DNA of 64,000 bases from Gemmatimonadales bacterium (GTDB taxonomy: Bacteria > Gemmatimonadota > Gemmatimonadetes > Gemmatimonadales > GWC2-71-9), in the NCBI GenBank assembly GCA_035943095.1, contig DASZCN010000060.1, positions 3,710 to 67,709 on the forward strand, written 5' to 3'. The translations under genes and the position numbers were made by a program. The notes under the pieces were generated by a model. It ran no database searches and was not told the DNA's origin. It worked only from the letters and a program-made list of their open reading frames with translations. Below, piece after piece: positions 20,013 to 28,721 of this stretch. Within the stretch, counting starts at the first letter, position 1. The number at the start of each line of letters is the position of its first letter.

Positions 20013-21196
20013 GTTTTCGCGGCGGCGTAGCATTCCTCCCACTGGGCCACGATGCTCTCCCAGCTGAAGTCGTTGCGCACGTGCTCCCGCCCCGCGCTGC
20101 CGAGCCGGACAGCGAGACCCCGCTCGGCGGCGAGGCGCCGCAGCGCCGCCGCCAGCGCCGCGGGATTACCGGGCGGCACCAGTAGCCCGGTTTCCCCGTC
20201 CACGATGATGTCCGGTATCCCGCCGATGTCGCTTCCGATCACCGGCACGCCGTAGCTCATCGCCTCGAGCAGCACGACACCGAGCCCTTCGGTGTCGCTC
20301 CGCGAATCGAGGATCGACGGGAGCGCGAAGGCGTCCGCCGCCCCGTAGGCGGCGCGGAGCTCCGCCGCCGACACCCGGCCGCGTAGCGTGACCCGGTCGC
20401 CCAAGCCGCCCTCGCGCACGAGCGCCTCCAGCCTGGCCCGCTCCGGTCCATCGCCGATCACATCGAGCCGGACATCCAAGGTCGGCGACAGTCGCCGCAC
20501 GCCCTCGATCAGCTCGGCGACGCCCTTGCGCTCTACCAGACGCCCCACGAACAGGACGCGGAAGCCACCATCTCGCCTCGCAGCGGGGGAGGGAGGCGCC
20601 ACGGTGGGAAGTCCCACGGTGTAAGGGATCACCCGCACCGGGACGTCGCTGACGCGCTTGATCTCACGGGCCGTGTATGAGGAGATCGCGACCACCTGGT
20701 CCGAGGTGTTCAGCGCCCAGCGGACGAGCCAGCGGAGCCAGGGGAGTGAACCCTGCACCCAACGCAGCTCCACGCCGTACCACAGCGTCACGAGTCGCGC
20801 GCCACACGTTGCTCGTGCTACCGCGCCAAACAGCGCGTGCGGCATCGGCCAGTGCACGTGCACCACGTCGTAGCGGCGGCGGCGGCAGAGGCGCCAGACC
20901 GCCAGCATCCCGCCGGCCACGTAGAAGGCCGGCATCAGCTGGTAGCGCCACGAGCGCCGCATGCGGTCCGGTGCGGCCTCGTCATGGGTCAGATCTTCCC
21001 ACCGCGCCGGGAAGTAGCGGAACCGGTGCACCGGAATGCCTTCGTACAGGGCACCGCCTCCGCCGCGGTAGGCCGAGCAGAACACTTCCACGTCGTGCCC
21101 CGCGGCTTGCAATCGCTTGAGGAGCTCCACCAGCCAGGGCGCGATGACATCGCCCTCGTGGCGCGGGAACGCGGTGACGATGTGAAGGATGCGCAC
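20009..21196 (-). CDS. GT4 (GT-B) glycosyltransferase
   Basis: GTG start MRILHIVTAFP; FVGRLVERKG, EGLGVVLLEAM, GGIPDII. Confidence 0.9.
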   Translation of the reverse strand: MRILHIVTAFPRHEGDVIAPWLVELLKRLQAAGHDVEVFCSAYRGGGGALYEGIPVHRFRYFPARWEDLTHDEAAPDRMRRSWRYQLMPAFYVAGGMLAVWRLCRRRRYDVVHVHWPMPHALFGAVARATCGARLVTLWYGVELRWVQGSLPWLRWLVRWALNTSDQVVAISSYTAREIKRVSDVPVRVIPYTVGLPTVAPPSPAARRDGGFRVLFVGRLVERKGVAELIEGVRRLSPTLDVRLDVIGDGPERARLEALVREGGLGDRVTLRGRVSAAELRAAYGAADAFALPSILDSRSDTEGLGVVLLEAMSYGVPVIGSDIGGIPDIIVDGETGLLVPPGNPAALAAALRRLAAERGLAVRLGSAGREHVRNDFSWESIVAQWEECYAAAKT

Positions 21197-21204
21197 GGCG
21201 GTGA

Positions 21205-21212
21205 AGTATAGT
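21205..21212. promoter_or_regulatory. Overlapping divergent -10-like boxes (TATACT on -, TATAGT on +)
   Basis: AGTATAGT between divergent genes; TATACT lies 8 nt before the GT4 GTG. Confidence 0.4.
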
Positions 21213-22287
21213 GCGCCTGTGCGTGGGGGGGGGAGCGCGTTATCTTTACCGGCCGCTCGATCACCGTGTCCACTCCACCCGGTCACACACGCTGACCTCG
21301 CCATCGCCGACGGACCCAGCCACCCGGCGCGCCCGAGTCATTCGCGCCGTTAAGGCGGTGCTTCAAGTCTTCGCGATCGGGGCCGCCGTGTGGGTGCTGC
21401 TCCGCCTGGCACGACCCAACTGGCACGCGATCACCGCCGTGCCGGTCACGATCCACTGGGGCACGCTCGCGCTTGCATCCGTCGTCTGGCTCGGGTCGTT
21501 TACTTTCCTCGTGCAGCTCTGGGCCGCGAGTCTTGCGTGGTGGAACGAGCGCCTGCGGGGCATTGGGGCGCTCCGGATGTTCGTCCTGAGCAATCTGGCG
21601 CGTTACATCCCTGGTGCGATCTGGCAGTTCACCGGGCTCGCACTCTTCGCGATAGAGGAGCGCGTATCACCGCTCGCCGCCGCGGCGGCTGTGCTCCTCC
21701 AGCAGCTCGTGCTGCTCGCCACGGGGCTCCTCATCGCCCTCGCGTTCGCGCCGGCCATGTTGGGCCCGTTCGCGGCAGCGCTCCCGCTTTGGTTGCTGCT
21801 CACGGTCGTCGCCGCCGGGCTGGGATTGCTCCTGTGGTTATTCCCGGTCGCGCTGCCGGCGCTGCAACCGCGTCTCGAGCGGGTCCTCAAGCGCCGCCTG
21901 CCGCTGCCCAAGCCCCGATCGAGGAGCTTCCTCCGCTACCTGTTGGGCTCCGCGCTCGGATGGGTGGGCTACGGGATCTCGTTTTGGCTGTTTGCGCGGT
22001 CGTTGCTCGGCGACGGGGCCCCCGGCCCGCTCGTCGCGGCCACGGCGTTCGTCACGAGCTATGTCGCAGGAATCATCGCGGTGTTCGCGCCTGGCGGCAT
22101 CGTCGTACGCGAGGCCGCCCTGGTCGCGGCGTTGGCCGGCTCCATCGGCGCGGACCGCGCGTTCCTCGTCGCCGTGGGCGCGCGCTTGTGGCTCGTGACG
22201 CTCGAGATCATCGGCGCTCTGGTCCTCATCGCCTCGGGCGCCGGTCGGGGGGTCAATCAGGGCTTCCGCAGCACGAAGACGAACTGA
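21211..22287 (+). CDS. UPF0104 / lysylphosphatidylglycerol-synthase-TM (flippase-like) membrane protein; true start probably further downstream
   Basis: SNLARYIPG, APGGIVVREA motifs; multiple TM segments. Confidence 0.8.
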   Translation: MRLCVGGGARYLYRPLDHRVHSTRSHTLTSPSPTDPATRRARVIRAVKAVLQVFAIGAAVWVLLRLARPNWHAITAVPVTIHWGTLALASVVWLGSFTFLVQLWAASLAWWNERLRGIGALRMFVLSNLARYIPGAIWQFTGLALFAIEERVSPLAAAAAVLLQQLVLLATGLLIALAFAPAMLGPFAAALPLWLLLTVVAAGLGLLLWLFPVALPALQPRLERVLKRRLPLPKPRSRSFLRYLLGSALGWVGYGISFWLFARSLLGDGAPGPLVAATAFVTSYVAGIIAVFAPGGIVVREAALVAALAGSIGADRAFLVAVGARLWLVTLEIIGALVLIASGAGRGVNQGFRSTKTN

Positions 22288-22916
22288 TATCGCAGCGGCG
22301 GCACCAGGGAGACGAGGCGGAGCAGGAGGCGCAGGAGGATCCGCCCGGGTCGAAAATTCTTCAGGATGGCGGGCCCGGAGTCCGTCCGCACGTCGACGAC
22401 CTCAAACCCCGCCGCTCTGAGCACGCGCTCCCACCCGCCTCGCGTCGCGCGGAATTCCAGCGGTTGCTGTGTGCGCACGTAGAAGTTTGGAACCACCACC
22501 ACGGCGAGGCCGCCCGGCCGTAGGACTCGAAACGCCTCATGCAGTCCGCGATGGAGATCGGGGAAGTGCTCGAGCGATCCGAACGAGAAGACCCGATCGA
22601 ACGCGCGATCTCGGAAGGGGAGCGACGTGCCGTCGCCCTGGACCCACCTGGCCCCGGGGGTCGTGCGGTGGGCCAGCGTCAGGGCGCGTCGCGAGAAGTC
22701 CAGGCCGACCGCCAGTTTCCCCCCCCCGCGCGCCAGCGAGAGGCGAGCACCCCAGCCCACGCCCGAGCCGAGGTCGAGGAACGCCGTGCCGGTGAGCGGC
22801 TGGAGCGGGCGCAGCGCCCGCCACACGCGTTCGAGATTCGGATGCTCGACATCCTCGTCGAAATGGTACTCTGCCTCGTAGAATTCGCGCGGGGCGGGGG
22901 GGCCGGGGGGGGTCAT
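22257..22916 (-). CDS. Class I SAM-dependent methyltransferase
   Basis: LDLGSGVG, GLDFS, GDGTSLPF..RAFD, RVLRPGG; ATG 22916. Confidence 0.88.
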   Translation of the reverse strand: MTPPGPPAPREFYEAEYHFDEDVEHPNLERVWRALRPLQPLTGTAFLDLGSGVGWGARLSLARGGGKLAVGLDFSRRALTLAHRTTPGARWVQGDGTSLPFRDRAFDRVFSFGSLEHFPDLHRGLHEAFRVLRPGGLAVVVVPNFYVRTQQPLEFRATRGGWERVLRAAGFEVVDVRTDSGPAILKNFRPGRILLRLLLRLVSLVPPLRYQFVFVLRKP

Positions 22917-23030
22917 GGGCCGCGGAAAGCTAGTGTCGGCGCCCCGCAACGGCCATGCTTGCTCACCTTCCGCCACTCCGAATAGCTTTCGCCGCCCTCG
23001 CTGCCCAACATCGCAACGCAGAGGATAGTC

Positions 23031-25394
23031 TTGGACGAGGCGTGCCAACCCAAGCGACCGACGTTGATAGCCACGGCCGTCTTCATGCTGTGGCCGTTGC
23101 TGCTCTCCCTCCCCATGCTCGCCGGGATGTGGCTCGCGAGCCCCTTGAGCGACCAATACAATGCCAGCGTCCCGTTCCAGGCCTGGAGCGCCGAGTGGTT
23201 CAAACGCAGCGGCCACCTACCGCTCTGGAACCCCGAGCTGTTCGGTGGGCTGCCATTCGTCGCGGCCGGGAGCGGCGACATCTTCTACCCGACCTGGTTG
23301 CTTCGATTCCTCGTGCCCGCCACGACCGCCGGTAACCTGAGCTTTTTCGCCCATTACGTGCTCGCCGGCCTGTTCACGTACCTGCTGCTCCGGCGTCTGC
23401 ACGTCGGGTGGATCGGCTCGGTGATCGGCGGTCTGTCCTACGAGCTGTCGGGACTGATCGCGTCCTACCCATCGCCGGGGCATGACGGCAAGCTGTTCGC
23501 TTCCGCGATGCTGCCGCTCATGCTCCTCGGGCTTGTGCTGGCGCTCCGCGACCGACGCTGGGAGGGCTACCCGCTCCTCGGATTGGCGACGGCGCTGACG
23601 CTGCTCGGTCACTTCCAGCTCGCGTACTACTCGCTCATCGTCGCGGGGCTGTTCGCCCTGTACCTCACGGTCGAGGAGGGCGGGACGAGCAGGGGAGGGG
23701 AGCGGGTGCTCCGGCTCGGCACGGCGCTCGCCGCCGTGCTGATCGGATTCGGAGTGGCCGCGATACAGATCCTGCCGTTCTTCGAGTACATCCCGTTCTC
23801 GCCACGCGCTCAGGGTTACCACGGGTTCGAGGGATCCACGTCGTATGCGATTCCCTGGAGTCACGTGCCCGAGTTCTTTATCAAAAACTTCGTGGGCTCC
23901 TCGCCTCAAGGCACGTATTGGGGGACGAATCCCATCAAGCTCCACTCGGAGTATTTGGGCCTACCGGTGGTCGCCCTGGCCGTGCTCGGCGCGATCGGGT
24001 GGGCGCGGGAGCGGCGGCGGCTCGTGCTCTGGGTGGGTGGCATCGGGCTGCTGTTTCTCCTCATCAGTCTCGGCGCCGCCACTCCCTTCTACAAGGTGTG
24101 GTGGGCACTCATGCCGCTGGTCAAGAAGACTCGCGCCCCGGGAATGGCCTTCTTTGTGGTCGCCCTTGTGACGGCCCTGTTCGCGGGGCTTGGCGTTGAC
24201 CGCGTGCGCACCGCCGGACACCCGCGCGCAATGACCGTCGCGTTGATTATCGGCGGCCTCGTTTCGCTGCTCGGCATCACCGGCGCACTCGGCCACCTCG
24301 CGGAGGGTTTCGCAAGCGGCATCCAGGCCGCGACGGGGCGCGCGGTGGGGGCCGCCGCGACGGCCGACGCGTCCGCGATCCTCTGGGGTGCCGCGACGAG
24401 CGGACTCGCCCTGGCCGCTGTCGCGCTAGTCCTCGGCTATGGGTCGCACCGTCTCACTCCCCGGCTGCAGGCGCTCGCGCTGGTCCTGATCGTCGGCACG
24501 GACCTCTGGCTCAACGCGCGCCCGTTCTGGAGCTACATGAAGCCGTACGATCGGGACTCGCTGATCGACCTTCTCACCGCGACGCCCGCGCCGTACCGAG
24601 TGATCGATCTCGGTCCGACGTACCGCGGCTCGGTCCTCGCCACGTTCGACATCCCTCAGGTCTTGGGATACCACGGCAACGAGTTACGATACTATGACGA
24701 GCTCCTCGGCGGGCAGGGCGAATGGAGGAGCATCGGGTTCCTGCCACTCTGGGACTTGCTGGCGGTTCGCTACGCGATCGCGCCGGCCGAAGCGAGAAGC
24801 ATCGACTCGATTCCTGGATTCCGTCGCGTCCTCGACACCGTACCGATCCTGAACGGCGACGGGAGGCGCGCCCGCTTGTTCGAGCGCATCGCGCCCACGG
24901 CGTACGCGCGCGTGGTGCCGGGAGCCGTCAAGGCCGACTCGGCAACGATCATCCCCACGCTCGTCGACCCGCGCATGGACTACTCGCGGATCGTGATCTT
25001 CAGCAACGATCAGCCGGTGACGCCCGAGCCCCTGAAGCAAATGCCCCCACCGAGCCCGGCGCGGGCCGCCGTAAGCGCCTGGGAGCCTGGACGCATGACC
25101 GTCACCATCGATCCGCCGCCCCCACAAGCGGGCTACCTGCTGATCGCGGAAAACTGGTATCCTGACTGGCGGGCGAGCGTGGACGGCCGACCGTCTCCGG
25201 TGCTGCGAGGCGATTACAGCTTCATCACGGTCCCCGTGCCCGCGGCGGCGCAGCATGTCGAGCTCACGTTCCGCTCCGAGCTGTACGAGCGGGGCAGGGC
25301 GATCACCCTCGTGTCGTTGGCGGTGTTGCTCCTCAGCGTCTTGGTGACGGTGGCCCGCGGCGTGCGCTCCCCCCCCCCGGTTCGACATGGGTGA
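23031..25394 (+). CDS. YfhO-family multi-TM GT-C type glycosyltransferase
   Basis: GAGGA SD + TTG; LWNPELFGGLPF, SPGHDGK, C-terminal ENWYPDW..VDG, V.VPAAAQHVELTF; many TM helices. Confidence 0.8.
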   Translation: MDEACQPKRPTLIATAVFMLWPLLLSLPMLAGMWLASPLSDQYNASVPFQAWSAEWFKRSGHLPLWNPELFGGLPFVAAGSGDIFYPTWLLRFLVPATTAGNLSFFAHYVLAGLFTYLLLRRLHVGWIGSVIGGLSYELSGLIASYPSPGHDGKLFASAMLPLMLLGLVLALRDRRWEGYPLLGLATALTLLGHFQLAYYSLIVAGLFALYLTVEEGGTSRGGERVLRLGTALAAVLIGFGVAAIQILPFFEYIPFSPRAQGYHGFEGSTSYAIPWSHVPEFFIKNFVGSSPQGTYWGTNPIKLHSEYLGLPVVALAVLGAIGWARERRRLVLWVGGIGLLFLLISLGAATPFYKVWWALMPLVKKTRAPGMAFFVVALVTALFAGLGVDRVRTAGHPRAMTVALIIGGLVSLLGITGALGHLAEGFASGIQAATGRAVGAAATADASAILWGAATSGLALAAVALVLGYGSHRLTPRLQALALVLIVGTDLWLNARPFWSYMKPYDRDSLIDLLTATPAPYRVIDLGPTYRGSVLATFDIPQVLGYHGNELRYYDELLGGQGEWRSIGFLPLWDLLAVRYAIAPAEARSIDSIPGFRRVLDTVPILNGDGRRARLFERIAPTAYARVVPGAVKADSATIIPTLVDPRMDYSRIVIFSNDQPVTPEPLKQMPPPSPARAAVSAWEPGRMTVTIDPPPPQAGYLLIAENWYPDWRASVDGRPSPVLRGDYSFITVPVPAAAQHVELTFRSELYERGRAITLVSLAVLLLSVLVTVARGVRSPPPVRHG

Positions 25395-26109
25395 GCGCGC
25401 CCTGGTGGTCGTTCCCACCTACAACGAAGTGGGGAACATCCCGCACCTCGTGCCCCAGGTGCTGGCCCAGGATACGCGTCTCGAAATCCTCGTGGTCGAC
25501 GACGATTCCCCGGACGGCACAGGGCGGCTGGCTGAGGCCCTGGCGGCCAAGGAGCCCCGCCTGCACGTCCTGCACCGGGACGGCAAGCTGGGGCTCGGAA
25601 CGGCCTACCTGACCGGATTCCGCTGGGCGCTCGAGCGGGGGTACGACTATATCTTCGAGATGGATGCCGACTTTTCACACGACCCCGTGCACCTAAAGGA
25701 CTTTCTGAGCACGATTTGCCAGGCCGACCTCGTGCTCGGGTCGCGCTATCTGAACGGAAAGGTGACGGTCGTCAACTGGCCGATGGGGCGCCTGGTGCTA
25801 TCGTATTGTGCCAACATTTACGCCCGCTGGCTGACTGGGCTCCGGATCTGGGACTTGACCGGGGGGTTCAAGTGCTTTCGTAGGACCGTGCTCGAAGCGA
25901 TCGACCTGTCACGGGTCCGCTCGAACGGGTACGCCTTTCAGATCGAAATGAGTGTGAGAGCATGGCGCAAAGGGTTCACGCTGAAGGAAATCCCGATCGT
26001 GTTCGTCGACCGAACCGAGGGGCAAAGCAAGATGAATCGGGCGATCGTCCGGGAAGCGGTATGGATGGTACCGCGGCTCAGGCTAATGGCCTGGTTCGGC
26101 CGCATCTAG
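25387..26109 (+). CDS. Polyprenol monophosphomannose synthase (Ppm1/Dpm1-like GT2)
   Basis: VVPTYNE, VDDDSPDGT, GLGTAY, MDADFSHDP, DLTGGFKCFRR, GYAFQIE. Confidence 0.9.
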   Translation: MGERALVVVPTYNEVGNIPHLVPQVLAQDTRLEILVVDDDSPDGTGRLAEALAAKEPRLHVLHRDGKLGLGTAYLTGFRWALERGYDYIFEMDADFSHDPVHLKDFLSTICQADLVLGSRYLNGKVTVVNWPMGRLVLSYCANIYARWLTGLRIWDLTGGFKCFRRTVLEAIDLSRVRSNGYAFQIEMSVRAWRKGFTLKEIPIVFVDRTEGQSKMNRAIVREAVWMVPRLRLMAWFGRI

Positions 26110-26942
26110 TCGGTACGACGATCTACAAAATGACGGGGTCGGGGAACGACTTCGTCATGGTGGATGCACGCCACACGCCTCCGAGCGACTGGTCGCCTCA
26201 GGACATCCGGGCGGTGTGCGCCCGCGGGACCGGCGTCGGCGCCGACGGCCTCGTGTTCGTAGGACCCGGATCCGCGCAGGACACCGTGCGCATGATCTAT
26301 TTCAACTCAGACGGCTCGCGTGCCGCGATGTGCGGGAATGCGGCCCTGTGCAGCACCCGCCTCGCTGCGCGCCTGGGGCTCGCGCGCGCACTACACATGA
26401 CCCTCGAGACGGACGCGGGCACGTACGTCAGCCGGTGCGACGGAGAACACCACGAAGAGCGCGCCGAGCTGCATCTCGCGCCGGTCACGAAACCGACGCC
26501 GGTCGAGGGACTCGCGAGTGCCCCCGGCGAGCGCAACGTCGTGTTGGGAACCGTCGGGGTGCCTCATCTGGTCGTCTTGGTGGACGACGTGGACCAGGTC
26601 GACGTGATCGTCCGCGGCAAGGCGCTCCGGTCCGACCGGGCGCTCGGACCCGCCGGCGCGAATGTCAACTTCATCTCAGCCGGACCCGCCCGCCGGGCGT
26701 CGGAATGGCGCATGCGCACTTACGAACGCGGCATCGAGGACGAGACCCTGGCGTGCGGAACCGGGGCCGTAGCGGCGGCGTGCGCCCTGGCGGAATGGGG
26801 CATGGCGCAAGCGCCGTTGACGTTCTGGACGCGGAGCGGCAGACGCCTCGAGGTCCGCCTGCGGAAGGCATCCGCCGACGTTTATGACGACGTGTGGCTA
26901 GGCGGGGAGGCTCGGCTCGTTGTACGGGGTGTGATTAACTGA
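26106..26942 (+). CDS. dapF: Diaminopimelate epimerase (start codon uncertain)
   Basis: YKMTGSGNDF, GVGADG, NSDGSRAAMCGN, GVPH, ERG, ETLACGTG. Confidence 0.92.
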   Translation, partial: LVGTTIYKMTGSGNDFVMVDARHTPPSDWSPQDIRAVCARGTGVGADGLVFVGPGSAQDTVRMIYFNSDGSRAAMCGNAALCSTRLAARLGLARALHMTLETDAGTYVSRCDGEHHEERAELHLAPVTKPTPVEGLASAPGERNVVLGTVGVPHLVVLVDDVDQVDVIVRGKALRSDRALGPAGANVNFISAGPARRASEWRMRTYERGIEDETLACGTGAVAAACALAEWGMAQAPLTFWTRSGRRLEVRLRKASADVYDDVWLGGEARLVVRGVIN

Positions 26943-26971
26943 GGTGCTTCTCCACATTCCTATGCCATTCA

Positions 26972-26999
26972 GCTTAACATAACATATCTTATACGAAGT
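26972..26999 (-). other. dif site (XerC/XerD chromosome dimer resolution site)
   Basis: - strand ACTTCGTATAA-GATATG-TTATGTTAAGC: 11-6-11 layout; XerD arm 9/11 identical to E. coli TTATGTTAAAT; XerC arm 9/11 to B. subtilis ACTTCCTAGAA; gene strand switches here. Confidence 0.85.
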
Positions 27000-27018
27000 A
27001 TCACAAGGCAAAAGGGCG

Positions 27019-27684
27019 CTATTTTGGCCCGCTCGACCGTCCCTTCGTCAGCTCCCCTATCCTCACTTTTGCCTCCCCAGCGGCGCTCGTCGAGTCCAGT
27101 TTCGCAGCGATGGTCTGGTACGCCGCCAGCGCCTTGGTGGTGTCGCCGGCCGCTAACCACGCGCGCCCTGCGTCGGACAGGAACTGCGCCCGGAGGAACG
27201 GATACGGAGCGTCGTCGGCCGCGGACTGGTACGCTCCGGCGGCATCCTTGGGGCGCGCCGCGTTCTCGTACGCAGCCCCGAGCAGCCCGTAGGCCTGGGA
27301 TTGGAACTGTCGGTCGGCCTTGGGTGCGTACCGCTGCAGGACGTCGATCGCCTGTTGCGTCTGACCCTGGGCGAGCCGCACCTGTGCGAGCAGGATAATG
27401 CCCTCGTCCGCCGCGCGGGTCCCCGAATAATTCTCCACCACTTGCGACAACACGCTCGCGGCGAACGGATAGTTCTTCGTTTCGAGGGCCAGGCGACCCT
27501 GCTCGAGCTGCCGGCTAGCGCTCTTCTCCGCCGTTCGCGACGACAGCAGGCTCCACCCGAAGAGTCCCGCGGCTACGAGGAGCCCGAAGCCCGCGTACGC
27601 CGACCACCGCCGGTGGGCCTTGAGCCACTCGACGACCCCAGCCCACGCTGTCGAACCCTCCGCCGCCGTTACCGTCGTTGCCAT
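27019..27684 (-). CDS. Membrane-anchored TPR protein (YfgM-like)
   Basis: ATG 27684 with GAAGGG SD; N-terminal TM after W..LKAHRR; TPR-like helices. Confidence 0.75.
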   Translation of the reverse strand: MATTVTAAEGSTAWAGVVEWLKAHRRWSAYAGFGLLVAAGLFGWSLLSSRTAEKSASRQLEQGRLALETKNYPFAASVLSQVVENYSGTRAADEGIILLAQVRLAQGQTQQAIDVLQRYAPKADRQFQSQAYGLLGAAYENAARPKDAAGAYQSAADDAPYPFLRAQFLSDAGRAWLAAGDTTKALAAYQTIAAKLDSTSAAGEAKVRIGELTKGRSSGPK

Positions 27685-27695
27685 GTGCCCCTTCG

Positions 27696-27785
27696 GGAGG
27701 TCGTGGAGGTCGAGGTTGGGGAGGTTGAAGGAGGTTGGGGAGGACCTCCCCCGACCTCCACCAACTTCCAGAACCTCCCAAACCT
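27696..27785. repeat. Periodic GGAGG(T) repeats followed by inverted (A)CCTCC repeats (imperfect ~90-nt hairpin)
   Basis: GGAGG at 27696, 27705, 27720, 27730, 27739; CCTCC at 27745, 27755, 27774; CTTCC at 27765; ~9-10 nt period. Confidence 0.85.
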
Positions 27786-27794
27786 GCTTTAGTG

Positions 27795-27868
27795 CGCCCC
27801 TGGGGTGACTCGAACACCCGGCCAACGGTTTAGGAAACCGCTGCTCTATCCACCTGAGCTACAGGGGC
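27795..27868 (-). tRNA. tRNA-Arg (anticodon CCT); CCA not encoded
   Basis: Acceptor GCCCCTG/CAGGGGC; anticodon arm GCGGT-TTCCTAA-ACCGT; T-loop TTCGAGT. Confidence 0.95.
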
Positions 27869-27890
27869 TAAGCTCAGTAACTTAGCGACT

Positions 27891-28427
27891 TTACGCGTAG
27901 TGCAGCAAGGCCTCGATCCGCTCGTCCTTAAGCCGCTTTCGACCCTTCAGAAAGTCGAGCTCGATGAGAAACGTGAACCCGACGACGTGCGCGCCGTGGT
28001 TCCGCACCAATCTGGCCGCCGCCTCCGCCGTCCCGCCGGTCGCGAGTACGTCGTCCACGATCAAGACCCGATCTTGTCCACCCACTGCGTCACGGTGCAT
28101 TTCGAGGGCATCCGTGCCGTATTCTAGCGCGTACTCGACCCTCCCGCGCGCCGCAGGCAGCTTGCCGGGTTTCCGAATCGGCACGAGGCCCGCTTCGATC
28201 GCCAGCGCGATCGGGGCGCCCAACAGAAACCCGCGCGATTCGATCGAAACGACGCGCGTGACTCGGGACGTGCGGAACGGCGCCGCCATGAGATCGACGG
28301 CGCGACGGAACAACGCCGGGTCGAGCAGGAGCGGCGTGATGTCCTTGAACAGAACCCCCGGTTTCGGAAAATCCGGGACGTCCCGGATGGCTCCGTAGAT
28401 CTCGTCGACCGCGCTCGCTTGGGTCAC
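27891..28427 (-). CDS. apt: Adenine phosphoribosyltransferase
   Basis: PDFPKPGVLFKDITP, IRKPGKLP, LEYG, VDDVLATGGT. Confidence 0.96.
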   Translation of the reverse strand: MTQASAVDEIYGAIRDVPDFPKPGVLFKDITPLLLDPALFRRAVDLMAAPFRTSRVTRVVSIESRGFLLGAPIALAIEAGLVPIRKPGKLPAARGRVEYALEYGTDALEMHRDAVGGQDRVLIVDDVLATGGTAEAAARLVRNHGAHVVGFTFLIELDFLKGRKRLKDERIEALLHYA

Positions 28428-28441
28428 CGACGGCCCCCCAA

Positions 28442-28714
28442 CTACCTGATGTCAAAGTTCTTCGGAAGCGTCTCTTCATGTGGAAAGTCACTTGCGTCCA
28501 CACGCTCGACCTGTGCGGCCGCAGGTCCGCGGGCGAGTGCCTGCGCGAGTTGGGCCAGGGCCGCGCCCGACCCGGCGGCAACCACTTCCACAGAGCCGTC
28601 GTGGAGGTTGCGCGCGAAGCCGCGGAGGTGGAGCGGTTCGGCCTGCCGCAGGACAAACCAGCGGAAACCCACACCCTGCACGCGCCCGCGGATTAGGAAG
28701 CGCTTGGCGGCCAT
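28442..28714 (-). CDS. acyP: Acylphosphatase
   Basis: [19 protein letters not shown]. Confidence 0.93.
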   Translation of the reverse strand: MAAKRFLIRGRVQGVGFRWFVLRQAEPLHLRGFARNLHDGSVEVVAAGSGAALAQLAQALARGPAAAQVERVDASDFPHEETLPKNFDIR

Positions 28715-28721
28715 TCCAGCG

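Noticed and set aside
26989-26999. TTATACGAAGT resembles a loxP arm
   Set aside because: No second inverted 13-bp arm with 8-bp spacer; the 11-6-11 dif layout explains it better
27696-27785. Repeat cluster as a CRISPR array
   Set aside because: Units are only 9-10 nt with no unique spacers; no cas genes
27854-27877. tRNA-Arg 5' leader complementary to its D-arm (CTGAGCT/AGCTCAG)
   Set aside because: Only 7 bp, and a TAAGTT -10 candidate implies the transcript starts too close to the tRNA for the helix to form
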